This document shows, piece by piece, positions 1-9,756 of a stretch of 64,000 nt of DNA. The translations under genes were made by a program, and so were the position numbers. The notes under the pieces are model-generated. The model was given only the letters and a program-made list of their open reading frames with translations, did not search any database and had not been told where the DNA came from. The stretch spans positions 683,711 to 747,710 of the forward strand of contig OZ219748.1 of assembly GCA_964291335.2 (NCBI GenBank). Direction: 5' to 3'. This stretch comes from Dehalococcoidia bacterium. GTDB taxonomy: Bacteria; Chloroflexota; Dehalococcoidia; Lucifugimonadales; UBA3495. Position 1 is the stretch's first letter; the number at the start of each line of letters is the position of its first letter.

Positions 1-27
1 CCTGTGCCGTAATTAACATAATTATTA

Positions 28-866
28 GGTATTCCCAATGTGTGTTGGTATAAGTGTATGATAGGGTTTGCCGGGAAACCCGACCGCCAGGAGGCAGCAA
101 CATGGCCTAACCTGGAGCATACCGGGACGGAATGCAATGCCCTCGCTGCGGCTCCAACTGGCTCCCCCAATACGGCCTTCCCGAGGCAAGCAGACCTATC
201 GCTGTGGCCACTGCCAATACCACTTTGTCCCGGGAACCGAGCGTCCCCACCAGCCGGAGCCAATCAAGGCCCGGGACGCAGCGATGTACACCGAAGGCAG
301 CAGCATGTCCGCCTGCGGCCGGGTTCTGGGCGTCAAGGAAGGAACCGTCTATTCCTGGATTAAAAAAAGTCCGTCAAGCCCGGGAGTTGCTGAAGCTGCT
401 GTGGGAGCAGCGGCAGAAGCAACCCCCCGGTCAGCCCCGGCTCAGGGTCATTTCTTTTGACGAGACGTGGACCTACCAGCGAGCCCGGCGGCGGGGGAAA
501 CGCCAGGAGGTGTGGTTCTGGACGGCAATAGCAGAAGAGGCCGATGGTCAGCGGTGGGTGGATTTTGGGCCGGAAACCGTTCCGAAGCCCCTTTTCTGTG
601 GCGGTACGGGAGGCTACTGGAGGGGGAAGAATACCGGACAGACGCTTACCGGGTATATAACTAGCTGTCAGCAGACCGTCACAAAGTGGGCAAAGGGGGC
701 GCGGTGAACCGGAATGAGGGGCTGCATTCCCAACTGCGGGACAAGCTGAACCGGCTGCATCGGAAGACGAAGGGGTACAGCAAGAGCTTGCAGCTGCTGG
801 AGGATTTGGTTGCATTGGTCTGCCTGCGGCTGGGCTTGATTTAACACCAACGCGCATTGGGAATAC
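28..866 (+). mobile_element. Degraded IS1-family insertion sequence (transposase split over several frames, pseudogenised)
   Basis: Terminal inverted repeats: ggtattcccaatgtgtgttgg (28-48) and ccaacgcgcattgggaatac (847-866). InsA-like zinc-finger/HTH pieces (MQCPRCGS, KQTYRCGHCQYHF, GVKEGTVYSWIKK) and InsB-like pieces (ISFDETWTY, EEYRTDAYRVY, then GLHSQLRDKLNRLHRKTKGYSKS read by eye at about 708-845) lie in different frames of ORFs 68-460, 132-707 and 467-664. Confidence 0.8.
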
Positions 867-946
867 GGCGGATTTTTCTTCCGCTGCGCCCGCCGTCTTT
901 GTGCTAAACTACAGCCACATCTCAAGAAAAACCGGAGGCCCCGTTT

Positions 947-3532
947 ATGCCCAGCCCTGATGCCGTTGTTCTGCCGGCCCACGTCCGCCCCAGCCACTAC
1001 CAGATTACCCTCCAACCCGATATGGAGAAGTTCACCTTCGACGGGCTGGAAATAATCGACCTGGATATAGCTGAACCCACTTCGGAGATTACCCTCAACG
1101 CCGACGAGCTGCAGGTGCGCGCCGCCACCCTGATGCAGGGGGGCCGCTCAACCCGCGCCGCAACTATTACCCTGGACGGAGCGCGGGAAACCGTTATCTT
1201 GAGCTTCCCTGACCCCCTGCCCGTTGGGCCGGCCCAATTGGACCTGCGCTTCACCGGCGAACTAAACGACAAGCTGCGGGGCTTTTATCGCAGCCAGTAT
1301 GTCAACCCGGAGGGCGAGGTCAGCTACCTGGCAACTACCCAGTTCGAGGCCACCGACGCTCGCCGCGCCTTCCCCTGCTGGGATGAGCCGGCCGGCAAGG
1401 CTACCTTCCAGCTAACCTTGAATATCCCCCGGGAAATGGTGGCGGTATCCAACACCCCCGTAGTTCAGGAAGCCGGATTAGACGCCGGATATAAATCCGT
1501 AATGTTCGCCCGCACCCCGGTTATGTCAACGTATCTGCTGGCTTTCGTTATCGGGGATTTGGCCTGCATCGAACAGGAGGCGGCCAACCACACCAGGGTA
1601 CGGGTCTGGGCCACCCGGGGCAAGGAGGAGCAAGGGCGCTTCGCCCTGGAAACGTCGGCGCGAATGCTGTCTTTCTTTAATGACTACTTCGGGATACCTT
1701 ACCCCCTGGAAAAACTGGACCATATCGCCATCCCCGATTTTGCCGCCGGGGCCATGGAGAATTGGGGCTGCATCACCTACCGGGAAACGGCCCTGCTGGT
1801 GGACCCGGATAACTCATCCCGGGGCACCCGCCAGCGGGTAGCCGAGGTGGTGGCCCACGAGATGGCCCATATGTGGTTCGGCGACCTGGTAACCATGGAA
1901 TGGTGGGACGATTTGTGGCTCAATGAGAGTTTCGCTTCCTGGATGGGGAACAAGGCCGTGGACTGGGCCTTTCCGGAATGGGAAATGTGGACCCAGTTCG
2001 TCAACATGGACACCAACCGGGCCTTGAGCCTGGACGGACTGCGCAACTCCCACCCTATAGAGCAGGAAGTCAAGGACCCGGCGGAGATTAGTCAGCTCTT
2101 CGACGCCATCAGTTACAGCAAGGGCGCTTCAGTAATTCGTATGCTGGAGAACTTTCTGACCGCGGAGGTTTTCCGCCAGGGCCTGCACCAGTACCTGACT
2201 GCCAACCAGTACGCCAATGCGCGCACCGGCGACTTGTGGGCCGCCCTGGAGCAGGTATCCCGGCAGCCGGTAACCAATATCATGAACACCTGGGTGGGGC
2301 AAACCGGCTACCCGGTGGTCAAGGTGGAAACCCGGCCAGCCGGCGCGGGCCTAGAACTGACCCTGTCCCAGGAGCGGTTCATCTACGATAACCTGCTGGG
2401 AGGGGCGGAACCGGAAAACCTGGCCTGGCAGGTCCCAATCAGCGTTGCCCTGAACAGCGGCGACCGCCATTCCATGCTGATGGAGGAACCCCGGGCTCGC
2501 CTGCAAATGCCCCAACCTCCGGCGGATGGCGGCTGGTTCAAGGTTAACCCGTCCCAGACCGGGTTCTTCCGCGTCAACTACTCTGAGGAGGATTGGCGCC
2601 GGCTGATACCGGCCGTCAGCGCCCTGACTTTGCCGGCCACCGACCGCCTGGGCCTCCAGAATGACGCCTATGCCCTCTCCAAAGCCGGCCTGCTGCCGGT
2701 CGGCCAGTTTCTGACCCTGGCTGAAGCTTACGTTAACGAGACCGACGCTTCGGTGTGGAGCGACCTGGCCAGCAACCTGCGGGATATTGAACTGCTGGTG
2801 GCCGGTGAACCGTGCCACGAGAATTACCGGGCCTTTGCCCGGGAGTTGTTCCGTCCGGCGGCCGGCCGAATCGGTTGGGACGCCCGGGAGGACGAGGGCC
2901 ATTTGGACGCCTTGCTTCGCACCACGGTGCTAAGCCAGGCCGGCGCCTACGGGGATTCAGCAACGCTGAGCCAGGCCCGGGAACGGTTCGCCGCCTACGC
3001 AGCCGACCAGCAACCCTTGCCGCCCGACCTGCGCGGGCTGGTCTTCAGCCTGGCGGCCCAGGCCGGCGACGAACAAACCTACCGGCAGCTGTGGGAACTG
3101 GAACGGGCCAGCGATTTGCAGGAGGAAAAGCTGCGACTGCTGTTGGCCCTGGGCCGTTTTACCCAGCCCGAACTGCTGCAAGAGACTCTGCGCCGGGCTC
3201 TTACCGACGAGGTGCGTTCCCAGGATACCATTACGGTAATTACCGCGGTGGCCGCTAACCTGAAGGGAAGGGAGTTGGCCTGGCAATTTGTCCAGGATAA
3301 CTGGGCAGAGTTCGACCGCCGCTACGGCGACGGCGGTTTTGGCCTGATGCGCCTGGTGTCTATTTGCAGCAATTTCGTGGACGCGGCCAAAATCGCCGAG
3401 GTGGAGGATTTCTTCCGGGAACACCCGGCGCCTGCGGCAGAGCGCACTATCCGCCAGTCCATCGAGCGCATTCGTCTGAATTCTCGCTGGCTGGAGTTGA
3501 ACCGGTCGGAGCTGGCCGCCAGGTTCGGGTAG
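947..3532 (+). CDS. pepN: Aminopeptidase N (M1 zinc metallopeptidase)
   Basis: 861-aa ORF with the GAMENWG exopeptidase motif, the HEMAHMWFGDLV...WLNESFA zinc-binding HEXXH-(18)-E motif, and a long ERAP1-like C-terminal domain. Confidence 0.93.
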   Translation: MPSPDAVVLPAHVRPSHYQITLQPDMEKFTFDGLEIIDLDIAEPTSEITLNADELQVRAATLMQGGRSTRAATITLDGARETVILSFPDPLPVGPAQLDLRFTGELNDKLRGFYRSQYVNPEGEVSYLATTQFEATDARRAFPCWDEPAGKATFQLTLNIPREMVAVSNTPVVQEAGLDAGYKSVMFARTPVMSTYLLAFVIGDLACIEQEAANHTRVRVWATRGKEEQGRFALETSARMLSFFNDYFGIPYPLEKLDHIAIPDFAAGAMENWGCITYRETALLVDPDNSSRGTRQRVAEVVAHEMAHMWFGDLVTMEWWDDLWLNESFASWMGNKAVDWAFPEWEMWTQFVNMDTNRALSLDGLRNSHPIEQEVKDPAEISQLFDAISYSKGASVIRMLENFLTAEVFRQGLHQYLTANQYANARTGDLWAALEQVSRQPVTNIMNTWVGQTGYPVVKVETRPAGAGLELTLSQERFIYDNLLGGAEPENLAWQVPISVALNSGDRHSMLMEEPRARLQMPQPPADGGWFKVNPSQTGFFRVNYSEEDWRRLIPAVSALTLPATDRLGLQNDAYALSKAGLLPVGQFLTLAEAYVNETDASVWSDLASNLRDIELLVAGEPCHENYRAFARELFRPAAGRIGWDAREDEGHLDALLRTTVLSQAGAYGDSATLSQARERFAAYAADQQPLPPDLRGLVFSLAAQAGDEQTYRQLWELERASDLQEEKLRLLLALGRFTQPELLQETLRRALTDEVRSQDTITVITAVAANLKGRELAWQFVQDNWAEFDRRYGDGGFGLMRLVSICSNFVDAAKIAEVEDFFREHPAPAAERTIRQSIERIRLNSRWLELNRSELAARFG

Positions 3533-3606
3533 AGCCGGCAGCCTCCGGAAACGATGTTCGCTGCCGGGGGCGGGTGCGTTCCGCCCCCGAGCAATACCGG
3601 CCTGGC

Positions 3607-4674
3607 TTACCCCGCCAAGGATACCAGGGCGTCGGCCAGTCTTTCCAGACGTTCCCGCTGGGGGATACAGTCCAGCCACTGCTGCGGAATGGCCGATGCG
3701 CCGTAACGGGCGCCCAGGACGGCCCCGGCCACAGCGCCGTTGGTGTCGGTATCCCCACCGACCGCAACGACGGCGGCCAGGGCGTCGGGAAAGTTCAGGG
3801 TGGTCCGGGTCGCCCAGAGGCCAAACTGCATACACAGCAAAGTGTGGCCCTTGTGCCGGTGGTTCCAGAACAGGCTGTCCACCGTACCGCCCACCGCCCG
3901 GACCCACTCCAGGGTCTCCGTCGGGGCGCCGTCGGCCTCGGCGGCTTGCGCCAAATCCGTCAGCTCCGGTTCGCCGCCCTGCAAGTATCGGGCGATTACC
4001 GCATTGACGATGATGCAAGACCACTGGCAGGCCGGGGCGTAGTGGGTTGCCACGCAGGAACGGCTGCTGTCCTGCACCAAACCGTTCGGGTCGGTGTACC
4101 TGGCCAGGGCCACCGGAGCGCAGCGCATTACCCCGCCATTGGGGGCAATGCCTCCGAAATCCTCATAGACTATCCCGGCTGCCTCGGGCGGCGGTATGCC
4201 GTCTTCCAGGCGGTCAATAACCTCAGACGTAGTAATACCGATACCCCGCCCGTTCTCCCGCCGCCAACGAACCAGTCGGCGGGCAAAATCGGCAACCAGC
4301 TCCCCTTCGGTCAGCAAGGCTTCAGCCAGTTCCACCGCCTGGGCCAGGTCGTCATCCATCGGCCTCAACCTTTCCGCCGGGTCAATATCGGTAACGCCAT
4401 CCGGGTAGAAACGCCGGATTTCGCTGCTGCTAGAGCCTTCGATTGGCAGCCCCAACAGGTTGCCGGCAGCCAGGCCCAGCATTACACCCCGGGCCCGGGC
4501 TTGCAGTGTATCCGGGGGCAAAGCTGCGGCGGGGGTCAGCAATTTCGCAATCGCCGGCGCATTGGCAACTACCGTCGGGTCTGGCAGCATAACGAAACCT
4601 CCGTAGCGAAGAAGTTGACCGTCTGACAATACCGGATTGCGCCCTTCCCGGCAACCTGCCCGGGCCAGGCCCAT
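3607..4674 (-). CDS. ADP-ribosylglycohydrolase family protein
   Basis: Family-typical N-terminal RARGVMLGLAAGNLLG and C-terminal GGDTDTNGAVAGAVLGARYG metal-binding motif. The true start may be the internal Met (MLPDPT, about 4590). Confidence 0.8.
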   Translation of the reverse strand: MGLARAGCREGRNPVLSDGQLLRYGGFVMLPDPTVVANAPAIAKLLTPAAALPPDTLQARARGVMLGLAAGNLLGLPIEGSSSSEIRRFYPDGVTDIDPAERLRPMDDDLAQAVELAEALLTEGELVADFARRLVRWRRENGRGIGITTSEVIDRLEDGIPPPEAAGIVYEDFGGIAPNGGVMRCAPVALARYTDPNGLVQDSSRSCVATHYAPACQWSCIIVNAVIARYLQGGEPELTDLAQAAEADGAPTETLEWVRAVGGTVDSLFWNHRHKGHTLLCMQFGLWATRTTLNFPDALAAVVAVGGDTDTNGAVAGAVLGARYGASAIPQQWLDCIPQRERLERLADALVSLAG

Positions 4675-4851
4675 GCCAAAGGAAACCCGATGCCAACACC
4701 CGATGATTGAAGCCCTTGCCCATTGCGGCCCGGCAAAGGGAAACCCGTCTGTCCGAAACCGGGGTGCCGGTTTTCCATTGGCCCAATTTGACAGCCTTCG
4801 CCCCGGTAGGTAGGCTTAAAGACCGAAATCGGTTTCTTTAAGTGTGAAATT

Positions 4852-7800
4852 ATGGAACGTGTCAACCGCATTGCCGCGCTGAAATCGTTGCTGAGTCAAC
4901 GAATACTGGTCGTTGACGGGGCCATGGGGACTTTAATCCAGAACAAAAACCTGGGGCCGGAGGACTTCGGCGGCCCGGAGTACGAGGGCTGCAACGAATA
5001 TTTGACCCTTACCCGGCCCGATGTAATTACTGAAATCCACCAGGTTTACCTGGCGGCCGGCGCCGATATTCTGGAAACCAACACCTTCGGCGCTACTTCA
5101 GTAGTGCTGAGCGAGTATGACCTGGCCCACGCAGCGCGGCGCTTAAATCGCACCGCCGCCGAACTGGCCCGGCAGGCAGCCGAGGCCGCCGCTACCCCGG
5201 AACGGCCCCGCTTTGTCGCCGGAGCGATGGGGCCCACCACCAAAACCATCTCGGTTACTGGCGGCATTACCTTCGACGAACTATCCGAAGCTTACCGGGA
5301 GCAGGCCCTAGGCCTGGTTGAAGGCGGAGTTGACCTGCTGCTTCTGGAAACCACCCAGGACACGATTAACCTGAAGGCTGGCCTAATCGGCATTGACCGC
5401 GCCCTGGCGGAACTGGGTATCGACGTGCCGGTGGCAGTGCAGGGCACCATTGAACCTATGGGAACCCTGCTGGCCGGGCAGGATGCTGAAGCCTTTTATA
5501 CTTCGCTGGCCCACCGGGATTTGCTCTGGATTGGCTTTAACTGCGCTACCGGCCCCAACTTTATGACCGACCACATTCGCACCCTGGCCGGGCTGGCTCG
5601 CTTTCCGGTGGCTTGCCTGCCCAACGCCGGCTTGCCGGACGAGGACGGCAATTACAACGAAACGCCGGAGATGATGTCCGACGCCATTGGCCGGTTTGTC
5701 GAATCGGGCTGGCTCAACGTAGTCGGCGGCTGCTGCGGCACCGGGCCGGAGCATATCCGGCAGTTGGCGCAAAGGGCGGTGGGCGCTGCACCGCGAAAGC
5801 CGGTCTGCATCCGGGAAACCCGGGTCTCCGGCATTGAGGCTCTGGTAATTGATGAAGATACCCGGCCGGCTATCATCGGGGAGCGCACCAACGTGCTGGG
5901 CAGCCGCCGCTTCCGCCGGCTGATTGGCCGGGGGGCCTTTGAAGAGGCCGCCGAAATTGGCCGCCGGCAAGTGCGCAACGGCGCCCACGTGCTGGACGTG
6001 TGCCTGCAGGACCCGGACCGGGATGAGCTGGCCGATATTACCCGGTTTCTCGACCTGGTAACCCGCAAGGTCAAATGCCCCATAATGCTCGACTCTACCG
6101 ACGCCTTCGTCATCGAAGAATCGCTGAAAAGGCTGCAAGGCAAATCCATCATCAACTCGGTCAACCTGGAGGACGGGGAGGCCCGGTTCCAGGCGGTGGC
6201 GCCCCTGGCTCGTTCCTATGGGGCCTCCCTAGTGGTGGGTTGTATCGACGACGACCCGGAACAAGCCCAGGCCATTACCCGGGAGCGCAAGCTGGCAATC
6301 GCCCTCCGTTCCCGGAAGCTGCTCACTGAAAAGTACGGCATCCCGGAGGAGGATTTAATCTTTGACTCTTTGGTCTTTCCGGCCGGCACCGGCGATGAAA
6401 ATTACGTCGGCTCTGCCGCTGAAACCATTGAAGGAGTGCGGCTGATTAAGGAAGCGATGCCCAACGCTAAAACGGTCCTGGGCATTTCCAACGTTTCCTT
6501 TGGCCTGCCGGCGGCGGGCCGCGAGGTTTTCAATTCGGTGTTTCTGTACCATTGCGTGCAGGCCGGGCTGGATATGGCGATTGTCAACTCGGAGATGATG
6601 CAGCGGTACGGCTCCATTCCTGAAGCGGAACGCCGCCTTTCCGAGGACTTAATCTGGAACCGGGGCGATGACCCGGTAGCCGCCTTTGCCGCCTACTTTC
6701 GGGATAAAGCGCCCCGGGCCACCAACGAAGAACGGCGAAACCTGCCCCTGGATGAACGCTTGTCCCTGGCCATTATCGAGGGAACCCGGGAAGGGTTGGC
6801 CGAAGACCTGGACATGGCCCTGCGGGAAAGGGCGCCTCTGGAAGTAATCAACGGCCCGTTGATGGCCGGCATGGACGAAGTAGGGCGTCAGTTCAACGCC
6901 AACCAGCTTATCGTGGCCGAGGTGCTTCAGTCGGCGGAAGCGATGAAGTTCGCCGTCGCCCACCTGGAACCCCATATGGAACGGACCGACTCGGCGGCCA
7001 AAGGCAAGGTTATCCTGGCCACCGTCAAGGGCGACGTGCACGACATCGGCAAAAACCTGGTGGACATCATCCTTTCCAACAACGGCTATCAAGTGATTAA
7101 CCTGGGCATTAAGGTGCCGCCCCAGGACCTGATCGCTGCCTGCCGCGAACACCGGCCCGACATCGTGGGGCTCTCCGGCCTGCTGGTCAAGTCGGCCCAG
7201 ATGATGGTGGAAACGGTGCGGGACTTCCGCCAGGCTGGAGTCAACCCGCCCATATTGGTCGGCGGCGCCGCCCTGTCTAACCGGTTCACTCGTTTGCGCA
7301 TTGGCCCGGAGTATGAAGGCCTGGTGGCTTATGCTCAAGACGCCATGAGCGGCCTGGCCCTGGCCAACACCTTGCAGGATGCCGACGAACGGCAGCAGCT
7401 GGCGGCCCGGATTGAGGCCGAGACGGATGAGTTGCTGCGGTCAGCAGCAGAACGGGAACCAACCCAGGCCCAAACTGCCGATGCGGTGGCGCCGGCCCGG
7501 GTTTCCCACGATTTCGCGCCGCCTAACCCGCCGGATTTGCGGCTGCACGTCCTCCGGGACTACGACCTGACGGAAATCTTCCCTTACATCAATCCCCAAA
7601 TGCTGTACGTGCGGCACCTGGGCTACAAAGGCCGCTTTGCCGAGGCTTTGGCGCAAGAGGAGGCCAATGCCCTGGAACTGCGCGCTTCAGTGCGGCGGGT
7701 GGAAGACGTTATGCTGGCCCAGCCCGACATTCAAGCCAATGGGGTATTCAAGTTTTTCCCTTGCCACTCGGAAGGGCAGAACCTGTTGATTTACGGGCCT

Positions 7801-8358
7801 GATGGGCGCACGGCGCTGGAACGGTTCTACTTTGGCCGTCAAGCCCAGCGGGAAGGCTTGTGCCTCTCCGACTATGCTCGGCCCGTCAGGTCAGGGCAGC
7901 CAGATTACATAGCCCTGTTTGCCACCACCATCGGCCCCGGGGTACGCGCCCTGTCTGAGGAATGGAAGGCCCAGGGCCGGTTTCTTGACTCCCATATCCT
8001 GCAAGCGCTGGCTCTGGAGTCTGCCGAGGCCTTTGCCGAACTGCTTCACCAGCAAATAAGGCAAATGTGGGGCATCGGAGACCCGCCGGGGCTGACCTAT
8101 CAAGACTTGTTCCGCACCCAATACCGGGGACGGCGTTACTCCTTTGGCTACCCGGCCTGCCCCCGGCTGGAAGACCAGGAACAGCTATTTCGCCTGCTGG
8201 ACGTTACCGGCAATATCGGCGTCGCGCTGACCGAAGGCTATATGATGGACCCGGAAGGGTCGGTCTCCGCCCTGGTCTTCCACCACCCGGAGGCCCGGTA
8301 CTTCAACCTGAGCGAGCAGGACATTGAACGTCTGGAGCAAGAGGCCGGGCAGCCTTAG
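4852..8358 (+). CDS. metH: Cobalamin-dependent methionine synthase
   Basis: 1168-aa ORF with four modules: homocysteine-binding N-terminus (VVDGAMGT, GGCCGT), pterin-binding module, B12-binding DVHDIGKNLV (DxHxxG) with SGLL, and a C-terminal AdoMet reactivation domain. Confidence 0.95.
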   Translation: MERVNRIAALKSLLSQRILVVDGAMGTLIQNKNLGPEDFGGPEYEGCNEYLTLTRPDVITEIHQVYLAAGADILETNTFGATSVVLSEYDLAHAARRLNRTAAELARQAAEAAATPERPRFVAGAMGPTTKTISVTGGITFDELSEAYREQALGLVEGGVDLLLLETTQDTINLKAGLIGIDRALAELGIDVPVAVQGTIEPMGTLLAGQDAEAFYTSLAHRDLLWIGFNCATGPNFMTDHIRTLAGLARFPVACLPNAGLPDEDGNYNETPEMMSDAIGRFVESGWLNVVGGCCGTGPEHIRQLAQRAVGAAPRKPVCIRETRVSGIEALVIDEDTRPAIIGERTNVLGSRRFRRLIGRGAFEEAAEIGRRQVRNGAHVLDVCLQDPDRDELADITRFLDLVTRKVKCPIMLDSTDAFVIEESLKRLQGKSIINSVNLEDGEARFQAVAPLARSYGASLVVGCIDDDPEQAQAITRERKLAIALRSRKLLTEKYGIPEEDLIFDSLVFPAGTGDENYVGSAAETIEGVRLIKEAMPNAKTVLGISNVSFGLPAAGREVFNSVFLYHCVQAGLDMAIVNSEMMQRYGSIPEAERRLSEDLIWNRGDDPVAAFAAYFRDKAPRATNEERRNLPLDERLSLAIIEGTREGLAEDLDMALRERAPLEVINGPLMAGMDEVGRQFNANQLIVAEVLQSAEAMKFAVAHLEPHMERTDSAAKGKVILATVKGDVHDIGKNLVDIILSNNGYQVINLGIKVPPQDLIAACREHRPDIVGLSGLLVKSAQMMVETVRDFRQAGVNPPILVGGAALSNRFTRLRIGPEYEGLVAYAQDAMSGLALANTLQDADERQQLAARIEAETDELLRSAAEREPTQAQTADAVAPARVSHDFAPPNPPDLRLHVLRDYDLTEIFPYINPQMLYVRHLGYKGRFAEALAQEEANALELRASVRRVEDVMLAQPDIQANGVFKFFPCHSEGQNLLIYGPDGRTALERFYFGRQAQREGLCLSDYARPVRSGQPDYIALFATTIGPGVRALSEEWKAQGRFLDSHILQALALESAEAFAELLHQQIRQMWGIGDPPGLTYQDLFRTQYRGRRYSFGYPACPRLEDQEQLFRLLDVTGNIGVALTEGYMMDPEGSVSALVFHHPEARYFNLSEQDIERLEQEAGQP

Positions 8359-8391
8359 CCGCCAGGCCGAGAATGGGTTGAAGCAGTCTGT

Positions 8392-8427
8392 CCCTGCCGC
8401 CGGTTCCCCGGCGGCAGGGCTTTTTTT
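8392..8427 (+). terminator. Rho-independent terminator after metH
   Basis: 12-bp GC stem ccctgccgccgg / ccggcggcaggg with loop ttcc, followed by c+ttttttt, about 35 nt after the metH stop. Confidence 0.75.
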
Positions 8428-8485
8428 ACCCTTCCGCAAAACTCCACCAACCACTGCTTTCTGTTTCTGACAAATAAAACCGGCC

Positions 8486-8514
8486 TTGACAACATGTAAG
8501 CTATGCATTATTGT
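8486..8514 (+). promoter_or_regulatory. Sigma70-like promoter for the RHH gene
   Basis: TTGACA (8486-8491), 17-nt spacer, TATTGT (8509-8514), upstream of a GGAG RBS and the ATG at 8550. Confidence 0.45.
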
Positions 8515-8549
8515 AATCGTGTAAGTTATATATGGAGTAAGTGGCAGCC

Positions 8550-8957
8550 ATGGAAGAAGCCAATCAAAAGCGCCGGGACCGGGTAATCCGCAACGTCAGC
8601 CGGACAATCGCCGAGGCGGTCATCCGGGGAACTGACGCGGCGGAAAACGCCACCGAGAGCATCAAAGAAACTATCAGAAGCCGTCCGGGTCCAGAGCGGC
8701 AGACCCGGAACAATGTCGTAATGGTCCGAGTGGATCGGGACAGCCTGGAGCGGATGGACGAACTGGTAGAGGTGGAACTGGCGGGCAGCCGTTCTGAAGC
8801 CGCTGCTCTTCTTATTTCCGCCGGCATTGAGGCCCGAAAGAACCTCTTCGCATCAATATACGCCAAGGTGGCGGAAATAAGAAAGGCTAAAGAGGAACTA
8901 AAGGCCATGCTCAACATTCAAGAGGAAGCCCAGGGGCCACAAGACCCCATCGCTTGA
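8550..8957 (+). CDS. Ribbon-helix-helix (CopG-like) domain protein
   Basis: VVMVRVDRDSLERMDELVEVELAGSRSEAAALLISAGI reads as a beta-strand plus two helices, the RHH pattern. The ATG at 8550 has a GGAG RBS; the ORF track opens at GTG 8541. Confidence 0.55.
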   Translation: MEEANQKRRDRVIRNVSRTIAEAVIRGTDAAENATESIKETIRSRPGPERQTRNNVVMVRVDRDSLERMDELVEVELAGSRSEAAALLISAGIEARKNLFASIYAKVAEIRKAKEELKAMLNIQEEAQGPQDPIA

Positions 8958-9625
8958 GCAGTCCCAATCAGGGTTTGATTTGCGCCAGCCTATCCCATCG
9001 CCAGGATTTACCGTTGATGACTACCTATTTCGAAGACCGGCAGTTTTCCGACAAAATGATGCCCCTGGTTGTTACTGCGCTTCACCACATTGACAATCAG
9101 GCGCTATTCGGCTCCCTGCTTAATGACAGCTACAGCATCAACGCTGCCAGCGAAGAGCAAGACCGGCAATACGCCACCGACCTGGTCTTGCAGCCGCGAA
9201 ACCTCAATATATCCGTGCGGGTGCGCCGTACTCCTGCCGCCGATTATTGGCCTCAATTGACCCTGTCTGATGGCAAAGAGCATTGGGGCATTACCCAGCA
9301 GAACTACGTGGACCTTTATTTCGTGGGCGTCGCCAGCTTTGACGAGACCCGTCTTTCGCATTGGATGGTGGTTAACCTGCAACGGTTCAGAGAGTGCCTG
9401 CGCCAGGATACCAGTATTTTCCCATTAAGAAAGTTCCGCAACCAGCGGGGACAATTCTTCCGGGGTTATACCCTGACCGCCGATATTCCCGGGCTGATAG
9501 TTCAAGCCTTCCCTGCCCTTTCAACAAGAGCAGGGATTTTCATGCCGCCCCGAACAGCGATACCAAAGACGCCCGGTTCCAGGACCGTTGGCGGTGGAAT
9601 CAGGATGCTCACAAGGGCCGGATGA
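8954..9625 (+). CDS. Hypothetical protein (no recognisable motif)
   Basis: 223-aa ORF whose TTG start overlaps the stop of the RHH gene (4-nt overlap). An alternative ATG is at 9017. It ends about 75 nt before the trailer end of the CRISPR array. Confidence 0.4.
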   Translation: MSSPNQGLICASLSHRQDLPLMTTYFEDRQFSDKMMPLVVTALHHIDNQALFGSLLNDSYSINAASEEQDRQYATDLVLQPRNLNISVRVRRTPAADYWPQLTLSDGKEHWGITQQNYVDLYFVGVASFDETRLSHWMVVNLQRFRECLRQDTSIFPLRKFRNQRGQFFRGYTLTADIPGLIVQAFPALSTRAGIFMPPRTAIPKTPGSRTVGGGIRMLTRAG

Positions 9626-9756
9626 TTGCCATTCAGAAGGATCAGCCGAAGGTCTTTATTGATTACCGCCGTGGCTCTCTTCAATACCAAGGTGTCGCCG
9701 GTTTCAATTCTCACCCACCCGAGCCGTTCTGCTGACCGGATGCAGAGGTTGTTCAT

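Noticed and set aside
3566-3588. GC hairpin (gggggcgg-gtgcgtt-ccgccccc) between convergent pepN and the ADP-ribosylglycohydrolase gene, considered as a bidirectional terminator
   Set aside because: There is no T/A tract on either side, so an intrinsic-terminator call is weak. It is left unannotated.
4675-4851. Possible riboswitch (B12/SAM/SAH) in the ~175-nt leader upstream of metH
   Set aside because: I could not identify a B12 box or any SAM/SAH consensus by eye; only generic GC hairpins are visible. An Rfam/Infernal scan is needed before any claim.
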